A stretch of DNA of 63,838 nucleotides, filler included, from Intoshia linei (Eukaryota; Animalia; Orthonectida): the NCBI GenBank assembly GCA_001642005.1. It is 6 parts of 6 records of this genome, joined end to end, with 100 filler letters (N's around TTAATTAATTAA, not from the genome) between each part and the next. Parts side by side here need not be neighbours in the genome. Positions count along the whole stretch, not along the records: positions 39,196 to 59,874 come from LWCA01000684.1; positions 59,975 to 62,537 come from LWCA01002280.1; positions 62,638 to 63,838 come from LWCA01002731.1; 3 more parts are not named here. The stretch is one strand, 5' to 3'. This document shows, in pieces, positions 53,643 to 63,838 of the stretch. The notes beneath the pieces were generated by a model. That model worked only from the letters and a program-made list of their open reading frames with translations, did no database searches and had not been told where the DNA came from. The stretch's first letter is position 1. Every line of letters starts with the position of its first letter. The translations under genes and the position numbers were made by a program.

Positions 53643-56522
53643 TCATATGTCTTGCTAAGTTAATAATAAGAATAAAACTACAAAATTTTATAGTTAAATA
53701 CCCTTAATCCTTGTCCACTTGTTTCACTTTTTAACAATAAGGAATTCACGGCACACACTAAGGATAATGATCCATACAACACCATTGCAGCAGTTAAAGA
53801 ATAATTCAGTAATACCTAACAATACATACAATAACAATATTTTAATGTAAATTGTACCCTGTACACTCCATTTCTAATTAATCAAAAAATTTTATTTAAA
53901 AGTTAAGAACCGAAATCATCTAGCTCGAAGCCACCAAAAATATAAATTAGAATCCTAAAAAAATTTCGCATACACAGCGTAGTCTCACAACAATCAGGCT
54001 TTTCAAAAACTGCAGTACATAAAAATTACATAAAAGTACTGCAGAAATAGAGTGTAATGTAATATAAAAAAATATACACTTACTTGTGCAACAAATGGTG
54101 TTATAATGGCGCCAATTCGAGCCATTGAACTGCATATGCCTAAGGCAGATGATCTGATTGTGGTTGGATAAATCTTATAATATAAATAAAAACTATATCT
54201 ATAATCTTAATTAGTATGGATATTCTAGAATTTAGATTGTAGATAAAGAAATGATTAGCGTTTCCACAAATTTAATCTTATAATAGGACTTATTACATCT
54301 TTTAAACTTTTTTTTACACTTTTGAACAAATACCCGACTATGGTTTGAGACTAGATATATAATTATACAACACCGATAAAGGACAGTCACTGTACTTACA
54401 TCATTATTAGTATTCCCTTTCACCTTCCCAATCCTACATAAAAGTCTAGTTCAACACTAATCATCTTTTGAGTTTGAAAATATGGTTTAATATTTCATTC
54501 ATATTAATTAAATAATACCTCGACTGTATATATATAAATACAATTAAAAATTGTAGATATTATGGCTCGATTTGCAAAACAAACAAGGGTGAGCATTATT
54601 TTACTTTTGCTAACAATAATTAGAAAGAAACAAATTGAGGAAATGATAAAATTAAGCATTATAGTATACTTTCTACCAATTGAATCCACCAGACATAAAT
54701 TGAAGGGAATCACTATAAAATTTGTTGTTAATATTATTATAATTAAACCTAAAAATTCTCCTAGCGTGGATAATATCATACTAACATAATCACTCGTTTT
54801 AAACAAATTGCAATTACAAACAGCTTTAGCAGTCATTTCAGAAACATCATCTATAAGTACAAATGTAAATGCATAAATTTAGATAAATATTCATAGATAT
54901 AAATATATAATGATTAGTGCCGCAAGTACATTTTTATGGATCTATGAGTTTTATCAAAATTTATTTGAGAAATTTTTCATTTTTGGGGCTCAAAATAGAA
55001 GACATGTACTAATCATCAAAACATAATTGTACCACAAACCGATATTCAATTTTTAGATAAAGGATAATTTTATTTGACCACTCCATTCATAAGCCAATGT
55101 CAGATTGGATCGCCCAAATATAATGTATATTTTATAGATTATAAAATAAATAACCTTTTAAATGATGACTAAATTCCAAAATTTCTGATTGCGATAAAAT
55201 GAGTCCATAATGAGAGAAAGCTACATATAGCCAACAAATCCAAAGTTGAATATTTAATCTTAAAAATTTCCTACTAAAAATAACAAAAACATTTGGTTTT
55301 TCCAACTAAAAAATATTTTAACATGAAAAAAAGTAAAAACTTTCATAGTTGAAATGAGGCGTCGACTAGGTAAAGTTTTTCCATTTTTTTGAGCAATATA
55401 ATTTAAAACATTGTACGCTTGATTATGTTTACCGATTGTAACCAAATATCTAGCAGATTCTGGTAATGTCTTGAATGTATAAAAACTGATTTAAATGTAC
55501 AAACCCAGATACACAATGTTGAAATGCAAGTGGGTAATGCTGAAACCGCCACTAGAACCCTCCAACCATATCTTGGAATAATGAGGGCAGATATTCCCAA
55601 TTCAAATATGCTTCCACATGTGCCGAGAACCTATTGATCGAATAATTGTTAATGTTATTTTTAATACAAGGAATGTAAACTTACGCAGTAAATAATTAAA
55701 ACTTTGGCGCGATATTTCATGGGTAGATATTCAGATATTAATGTAAAACTAAAAATTAATTAAATTTAAAATCATTCAATTTAGTTAACGCTTGTATAGC
55801 TCCACCAAAAGCAAATCCAACTGATCCCCTTAGAAATAAAACCCAATAATATGAAGGACTAAATGCTACACATATTCCGAAATAGAATATCCATATTGAA
55901 GCAAGAAACATTGTCTAAAGAATTATTAATTGAATTACCTATTACATACACGAAAAAGATATATTTAATTTGGTTTATGTTTAATTTTTTAAAACTTACA
56001 ATCAGTCTTCCGTATTTGTCGGATACGTGACCCCAAATAAAAGAACCAGAGAACATTCCAACAAAAACCACCTAATGTAATGCTTTAATAAATACAAATT
56101 AAATGATAATATTAATATTCTAGTGTACACAAAATAGAATAATTTGAAATTTAAATTACTGTTGTAATGCAAGCTACTTCAACTTGGCTCAATTTAAACT
56201 CACATCGTAAAACGGGTGATAAGACTGCCAAAAGCAACATTTCCATTGCATCGGTCGCCTAATTTGTAAATTGTAAAAGGTAAAAATTATAAATATTTTA
56301 TAAATATTAAATACTGCAAATAAGCCACAAATCAAAAGTAACTGTATTTGGAATCTTCCAAAACCAATATGTTCTATGGCTTGTTCAACGTTGTATTCAA
56401 TGTCATCTGGCGATGTTATATTCATCTCATTTGTATATAAGCGTTCGTTTTCACCGCTGTCTGTCTATTTATATATACATTTGACAAAATTTACCGGAAG
56501 TTGAAAACTTTCTGTAATTCAT
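53643..56522 (-). CDS. SVOP: Synaptic vesicle 2-related MFS transporter
   Basis: [14 protein letters not shown]...[70 protein letters not shown] and ETSGQGL; many short introns. Confidence 0.92.
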
Positions 56523-57299
56523 GCCAGTTATTTTATAAAATTCATAATTTTTGAAATTATTTGTGTGGAACCGATACCGATTTTATCTTGTTACCATTGA
56601 TTCGTTTAATTTTGATAAACGTTTGTAATATTAAAATCTAAAAATTAGATCTATCAAATCCGGAAAAAATCAAAATTACATTTATAATAAACATATTTTT
56701 TTATAAAATGAAAGTGAAAATTTCGAGATTTCAGCATTATAACAATATTTCATTCTTATTAATCAACCTCATAAATTATACATTCACTGCCAAAAAACAT
56801 AATAGAATTGCAATATATTATACTATATTGTGTTATGTACTTTGTACAAACGTAACTAGGTCTGCAAAGGGTAGAATTTTTATTTTATTAATAATTCTAA
56901 TAAAAGATTGTCTAAATGATACTAAAAACAGTAAAATAATTAAATGTATCAATTTTTTGAAATTTTTGGAATATCCAAGTTTTCATTTTCTCAAAATTTT
57001 AAAAAATTTTGGTTAATGTATTAAAATTCTTGTAAATTACCAATATATCAAATACCGAGGTGGAATTTCTCTAGGGAACTGGAACTTTATCAGTAAAAAC
57101 CTTTTTTTTAATTCTAGGACCATTTTTATTGAAATAATTTATAAATAAAAAAAAAGTAGATTGCGGTTTGACCGTCAAGATGTTTTCTGAGGTTGAAATT
57201 CACAATAAATTTAATCATTTAAAAAATTTTCCCATATTATAATTATACATGTACAATTATAATGGGTGTTTTTAAAACTAAGTAAAGATTAAACATATA

Positions 57300-59110
57300 A
57301 ATGATAAAAATATAAAATTTATTGACATGTTTCAAAATCTGGAATATCTTCTCGTTTACACCTCTTTTTTAATTCAATTAAAACATCTTTAATAATGGAG
57401 AAGTTTGAATGGTCTCTTTTTGTAGATAAAACAACTAATAGTCGAATTGCTTCTTCTAAAATTATAATTATCATAATTTATCAATCAAGAAAAAACTTTA
57501 AATATTTTTTATCGTAAAATAATAATTATTAATAAACGTATCCTTGTGCTAGCTAAAAAGAAATCAATCTGAAGCAAAGAATAAACATAATGTTAGAAAT
57601 TTTTGCCTGATTAATAAGATATGATGCAATTGATAATATAATACAGCCATTCTCAACAGGGTCCACAGCACTTTTTTGGGTCCATGAAAATTATATACAT
57701 TTATTACATATTATAGACATTTTCAGTAACATCGATCATTACAAGTCGTTTTTAAAAGGTAAAGGCTTAGAAATAATAATATAAAACATGCAAATCATGT
57801 AAAAGTCAATTCTTTTGTATTAAATTAAATTACTTACAAGTGTAAAAACTTATTGGCAAACCTCCATTGTTCTATTTTAGGAGCAACGGTTTTATTTAAT
57901 TATTTTATTAAAAATTTATGACCGAGTCAAGTTTCTAGTCATAAATTAAGCTTTAAATTTCAAATTGAAAATTGGACAAAAAATCAGTCAATATTCATGA
58001 TTCTATGAAACATCAAGCTTGGGATATAAAATATTAATTTTTCACAGGAAAGATAGATAATATAGACTTTTTATTGATCTGATAAAATATGAAATAAACA
58101 ATTAATAATGCACTGTAAACAATATCTGAAAAACATGTTGCATTTTGGCAACATTGACGGGTTAATGGTTAATATTAATAGTTCATCAAGTTTATCATCT
58201 CGCAAAAATAGAGTATTCCATGTCTTTTCACCATTATTCGTGTCACCCATATGTAATGATTCATTAAATATTGTCATTATTATTAATTTTTTTGAGGTGC
58301 ACAGGTTTTTTGTAATATCATCCCAGGGGTCCACAGCGAAAAATGGTTGAGAATGTCTGTATATTATAATACATTCAAAAACTCCAATGAGTTTTCAATT
58401 CTGTAAAAAAACAAGAGAATCATTTGCTTTGAGTTTAATCTATATTTACGAATAATACATACTAACTTTCATTTTTGTCGAGAAACCTCCAATGTTCTCC
58501 AAACGAAACATATGACAACATCGGACTCGGGCTCCTAGAAGTGAAATTTTTTGTATGTGCCTTATTCGACAACGTATGTAAAATAAGATTATCTGTGACC
58601 ACGCTAATCGTGATCGGTAGAATAACGTTTAAATGTTAACAAAACATATTTCTGAAATAGAAGCGGGGATAGACAAAATGAGTCTCCAAATTCCTCAATT
58701 ATATTGATAATTATATGCATTGACTGAAAAATAGACATTAAGAACAATCATACCTCTAACAAAATCTAAACAAGTATCACGACCTGTATTTACCAATACA
58801 GTCACAAAATCCAATCGATCGAGAAGATACATTTTATGTTTATAATTTTCTAAAAAAGAAATAAAAAAATGTAAAATAAAGAAATAAATAATGTTGAATA
58901 AATACCTTCATCTATCACAAGAAATCTGGCTATAGCCATAAGTTTAATTCTTAAAGCGCCTTTTTCTTCGATAAAAACATTTGAAATTGTCGGTAATGGA
59001 TTATTTTGAAGTACAATAGAGCGATGTTCTTCTAAATGTTGGGATATAAGCATATTAATTATTTATTATCCTAAAAACTATATATACCCTCTCATAGCAA
59101 CTTTGCAATT
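57300..59110 (-). CDS. Multi-exon hypothetical protein, 3' part (boundaries approximate)
   Basis: Open GT-AG exons LEEHRSIVLQNNPLPTISNVF..., DRLDFVTVLVNTGRDTCLDFVR, ARVRCCHMFRLENIGGF and EAIRLLVVLSTKRDHSNF; not Obg-like; family unknown. Confidence 0.45.
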
Positions 59111-59307
59111 AATATAAACCTGTCTAATTAAACATATAAGTTTCTGAATTTTTATTATATCATGCAGATTTCCAAGATCCGTCATTGGAAAAAAAATTGA
59201 ATACATTCGTAAATATTTAATCTTGAGAAACTATGAGTCTCAACGATTTTGGAAAACAATAAAAGGGGTAATAAATTTGAAACCTAATTTTAAATGAATG
59301 TGATATA

Positions 59308-59874
59308 CAGTGCCCGACATAAGTCTTAGGCACCCAATTGTAATTAATTTAAACACTCCCTGTTCATGATTTAAAACATTTTCTTATGTCATATCTAGTG
59401 TATGATCAAGAACAAATATTTAACCCTAAAAAAGTAAAAACTATAAAAAAATTTAATAATTAATAAAATTAGGTATTTTTAATTAAAATTGCAAAATTCC
59501 GATCGACATAAGTCTTAGGCACCTATAAAATAATACAACTAATTATGTTAATTATATGAAAATATTAGATACATATATATAAAATTACTAATATTTAGTA
59601 TTCCACCATTTATTTTTATATAACTGATACAATTCTTCGGGCAATGAAGCATGCAACTTTTAAATAGTTTTTAGAAGTACGCGGTCCAATTCATCGTGTA
59701 TATATCTCCATAGTTCTTCTAAGTTGACTGGATGTAGCTTATCTACCGTATCTTTAAAATTTTTCAATAATGTTTAAATCTGGACTTTGTACCGGTCAAT
59801 CTTTTAATTTTTTTATACGATACCCCTTATAAATGGACGGATTGTCTTTGCTGTTTGACACGGTTCACAATCTT
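59308..59874 (-). mobile_element. Tc1 IR-DR type transposon, right end and transposase C-terminus
   Basis: TA|CAGTG terminus; direct repeat CGACATAAGTCTTAGGCACC at ~59315 and ~59504; minus-strand QDCEPCQTAK..D*PVQSPDLNIIE; cut by the spacer. Confidence 0.85.
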
Positions 59875-59974
59875 NNNNNNNNNNNNNNNNNNNNNNNNNN
59901 NNNNNNNNNNNNNNNNNNTTAATTAATTAANNNNNNNNNNNNNNNNNNNNNNNNNNNNNNNNNNNNNNNNNNNN
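59875..59974. other. Artificial contig spacer
   Basis: 44 N + TTAATTAATTAA + 44 N. Confidence 0.95.
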
Positions 59975-60171
59975 CTTTAATTATATTATTTAAAATATTT
60001 TAATGTCACATGATTAATATTATTAATTAATATTTTGATGACTATTTCATTTTCAATTCAAATAAATTTAATGAACTTTGCATCAATTGTTGTCTTGTGT
60101 TAGTAACTTTAGTGCTAGAAATTTTTTAGTGCCATAAAAAATTGCATTTGTCGACTCTATTGATAATATAC

Positions 60172-60310
60172 CTTTGATAATTACATGACCTCCATTACCG
60201 CCATCGCCACCATCCGGACCGGCAAATTCATTATATTTCAATTTCAAAAATGAACAAAACCCATTTCCTCCATTACCGCCACATGCTTTGATAATTTGAT
60301 AATCCACAAA
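60172..60310 (-). CDS. MTG2: Obg-family mitochondrial GTPase, Obg-fold exon only
   Basis: FVDYQIIKACGGNGGNGFCSF.....EFAGPDGGDGGNGGHVIIK, bounded by AG and GT. Confidence 0.85.
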
Positions 60311-61920
60311 CTACATATTCTGTTGATATTCATATTTTATTAAAATGGTTCATGTACTAAGTAGATTTTACCTATTATACTACATCTATTCTTAACCCGT
60401 GCGCCGCAAAGAAATTTTGTTTATTTTAAAAATTTTATAAATAAGTGTCAAACTTTGATATTGACAATTCTCTGATGAACATTTTGGAATTTACTATTTA
60501 CTAGTGTTAATATAATTTATATATTAAATTATATTGTATTTATATTAAATAATATGGTGAACGCCAAAAATATTAAAATTTCATCATACACCAAATGTTC
60601 TTTACTAAATTTAACTTTACCAAATCAAAGCATTTTCTTATTATTATGATTTTATACTCATCAGTGATAATTTATCAGAATAGAGGAAAAAAAAAATCTG
60701 ATTTGGTATACAAGTTAAAATAGTGTCTACTCTGATATTCACCATGACAAAAATTGATACATTTAGAATAAAAAATGATGCTTTACTGAGCTTTGTTAAA
60801 TTTTATAACTGTACTTCAAAAATTTTTACCGATTTTTGTATAAAACCAATTTGACGTGGTTATTATATATATTTGTAATATGTATTACAGTACTGTGCTA
60901 TTTTATACGAAACTTGCTAATATTACTATAATTTATATGGATTTGTGCTCAACTGTAAAATTCCAAAGAAATGTGGATAAAGTTCAATTAATTCTCCATA
61001 ATGTAATGTAAATTTAAATTACTTTTTCTGTATAGGCTCGATTCAAATAACGAATTAAACTGAGTTTCATAAAATATTTTAAATGAACGATAATAAAATT
61101 TTTATAAATTTGAATATAATTTCTGTACCTTTAAAAAAATAAATCATTTTAAACTTTATAAAGGACAAATAGCTTGGGTCCATGAGTTTAATAAAAATTA
61201 TTCATATATTTCTGCAGTAAATTGACGGGATCATTGCCTATTATTTTTACATAACTTGGTTTCAGTTAAAAATTTTCTAATCAACCTCATAGCCGAATTT
61301 ACCAAGCTCGTGGCCACACAAACTGAAAAATAGCCACTCAAAATTTTCTTTCCAATCGTGGTGTAGTGTCACATAGTCCCTAGCTAGGCCCGGACTAGAT
61401 GGAAAATGTAGGGCCTAAATAATTTTTTTTTAAATTGGGACGTTTATAAATTGTTTAATCGATCGTTTATTGCCTAAAAATTAAAAATAACAACTGCAAA
61501 TCGAATTGGTCATTATAATTTTGACATACAGAGTGTACTTAAGAAATTTTCCAATATTACCTATTAATAAAGTAAAATATTAGGACCTCATGATTGTATA
61601 CTAGATCTTTATTTGATATTAAATTTAATACAAAGAATAGTAATGATATTGATACAAAAAAAATAATTTAATACTTATTTCACAAATATTTCGTAGAGGC
61701 ATAGAGACAGTATAAAAAATATGGCACATCCAAATGAGTGATTTAGGACCTCGTGCTCGCGTCTTTATTTAATGTAAAGTATTAATATAATGTCGAATGC
61801 AGCCTAAGACGTTATATTAAAAATTTTAAATTTTAAAACATTTAACATTTATAACAATTGACAATAAGTAAACAAACATTTATTAATATTTACCATTTAT
61901 ATAATATACAATTACAACAA

Positions 61921-62346
61921 TTATTTAGTAAAACGTTGTTGACAAAACTTTTTACTAAATTTTGAAACTTCAATAGTACATCCAAGTGTGTTTCTAATAT
62001 CATCTATGACTTGGCATTCTAGCTCCCAATTAAACAAACGCATCAAATAACCTCTTGCTATATAAAAATTATTTAAAAATAACAGCTAAACATACGATTT
62101 ACAGGACAATTTTTCAATTTGACTAAAATATCGAGACCGTATTGATTCCAATCAGTCTAAAGTTTCCATATAAAAATAGAAAATAAAAATATTATATACT
62201 TATGACCCTACCAATACATACTTGGTATGGTGTCTCGCTACTTAAATAATTATTTTTTAAAATAATTAGATGTGGTCAAATCAGATCATCTCAAAATCAT
62301 TAAATCACAAAAAATAATGTTAATAAAATTACATCAGTTTTAATAA
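61921..62346 (-). CDS. 3' exons of a hypothetical gene
   Basis: TDWNQYGLDILVKLKNCPVNP|RGYLMRLFNWELECQVIDDIRNTLG...RFTK* joined by a short GT-AG intron. Confidence 0.45.
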
Positions 62347-62437
62347 TATCGGATTCACTCTGAAACCTAAAAAAATGAATATCATTAACTATACATTATC
62401 ATTAGTTATACAATACATCCTTACTTATATAAATTAT

Positions 62438-62537
62438 TAGGTTGACTGTTATGTACTACGTACAAACAGCACCTAGCTCTGCTGAGGGCACATTTTTATT
62501 ATCCCAAAAAAATAAATTAACGTTGAAAATCTAACTT
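62438..62537 (-). mobile_element. Helitron 3' end
   Basis: Reverse complement of the conserved terminal module; a + strand 5' stub TCCTTACTTATATAA lies at 62418. Confidence 0.75.
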
Positions 62538-62637
62538 NNNNNNNNNNNNNNNNNNNNNNNNNNNNNNNNNNNNNNNNNNNNTTAATTAATTAANNNNNNN
62601 NNNNNNNNNNNNNNNNNNNNNNNNNNNNNNNNNNNNN
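62538..62637. other. Artificial contig spacer
   Basis: 44 N + TTAATTAATTAA + 44 N. Confidence 0.95.
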
Positions 62638-62677
62638 TACAATGTACAAATAAAAATATTATTCTTTAAAAACTTAC

Positions 62678-63664
62678 CAAACGATAATCAGACCATTTTC
62701 GTCACTTGTAGTTAATTTGTCTAATTTTTCATTCCAAGCTATAAGTGTTACCGCACCTATTTTGTAGTAAAATTTTTTTAAATACAATTAATTATTACAA
62801 TAAACATTTTAAGGTATATATAAATAATACCGGAATGTCCATCAAGAGTTTGATTCGCCATAATGTTATTTTTTTTCCCGTTAGAATCATTTGTACCGTT
62901 ATTAACTTGACTTAATTTGACTAAAAATAAATAATTAATACATGAAATATTATATTTTTAAAATGGAATTTTCAGTTTAAAATACTTCGAACCGTACAGC
63001 CACTCGAAGGATCGTATACGAACATTTTTCAATTCAATAAATTACTCAAATTTGATATTTTTCACATAATAACGATACTCTAGAATCTAGAGTCTAGATT
63101 TACATGAAGGAAATTAAAATAGATTATAATCTATTGGTAATTTCAGTCGACGATCAATTCGAATGTAAAAAGCTCAAAAAAATAGTTAATTATAATTCAT
63201 TATTATTGTTTTTATTATTCATATAGATATTTATTGTTACCATTTAGCTTTTCATCAATTTTGATAATTTTTAAATATGAATCTTTCGTTCCACATGCAA
63301 TATATCCATATTTTTTACACCATTCTATACACACTATTTTTGAATTACTTGGTAAAGTTATCTAGATAAAAAAATTAAATTAATCATTAGGACTGAATTT
63401 ATCAGCGTGGGCTTGGAAAATCGAAGGGAATAGAAAAAATGTGTGTGTTTTAATGGGTGATGGAAGTCTTGTTTAGAATATTAAATGTATAATGTATACA
63501 AAATGAGTAATGATTTTAATAATTTTTAATTAATGTGTTTTAAACGAACATTGTCAAAATTGTTAGATTAAATTAACTTTAAATTATTATTACTAATAAT
63601 TTATTAGTGTCTATATTGAAATATAGTTTAGTATTGTTACCTTTTTGAATAAAAAGCATTTCAT
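62678..63664 (-). CDS. WDR35: WD repeat protein 35 / IFT121, first four exons
   Basis: MKCFLFKK|[30 protein letters not shown]..|ANQTLDGHS|[27 protein letters not shown] matches the IFT121 N-terminus. Confidence 0.92.
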
Positions 63665-63838
63665 ATCCCTAATTTTGTTTATATTCAAAAAATGTATCTA
63701 AAACGACAATATTTATATTCATCGTTTCTATCAACAAATGACTATAAATTGAATTGTACATTTTATATTTAATTTTTTAACTAAAGTAATGACAATAGAG
63801 TATTTCGAAATAACCGTAATTGTAAGTAAATTTTTTTA

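Noticed and set aside
3226-58350. Numerous 60-100 aa F/I/L/K/N-rich ORFs in the ORF track
   Set aside because: Composition is that of random AT-rich DNA, repeats, or antisense shadows of real exons.
57644-58359. Single hAT MITE spanning 57644-58359
   Set aside because: The TIR-like ends lack a matching TSD and a probable exon lies between them; more likely two partial elements.
57300-59110. Continuation of the MTG2 gene
   Set aside because: The exons lack Obg G-motifs and sit on a different contig across the spacer.
47290-59800. Alternative genetic code (UGA=Trp or UAR=Gln), suggested by TGA at Trp positions in both Tc1 elements and scattered in-frame TAA
   Set aside because: These occur in decayed transposases that also have frameshifts and normal TGG codons. 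Intact genes have no internal stops and end sensibly at TAA (cytochrome b5, VPS72, CD225) or TGA (SVOP).

Overview
Very AT-rich (roughly 25% GC by eye) eukaryotic, animal-like genomic DNA. Genes are compact and split by many short (~33-60 nt) GT-AG introns. This is compatible with a reduced parasitic metazoan such as the orthonectid Intoshia; that identity is inference only. The window is not one continuous molecule: five identical 100-bp spacers (44 N + TTAATTAATTAA + 44 N, stops in all six frames) join six contigs, and several genes are cut at contig ends. Recognisable genes: SAP30BP, VPS72/YL1, ERH (partial), an RPP38-like L7Ae protein, a CD225/dispanin protein, the 3' end of an RFC small subunit, cytochrome b5, a VPS10/sortilin-like protein, an abLIM/UNC-115-like LIM protein, SVOP, one MTG2/Obg exon and the 5' part of WDR35/IFT121, plus several orphan multi-exon genes. 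Intergenic and intronic DNA is dense with mobile-element remains: a high-copy non-autonomous Helitron family, a full-length decayed Tc3-like element, an IR-DR Tc1 end, hAT MITEs with 8-bp TSDs, and hAT, hATm-like, piggyBac, pogo, Chapaev3-like and gag-protease relics. No rRNA, tRNA or CRISPR could be supported. I found no clearly new biological system. The best leads are the modular Helitron family, the Asp-box protein with an in-frame TAG, the ultra-compact three-gene cluster and the unusual gag-protease element.
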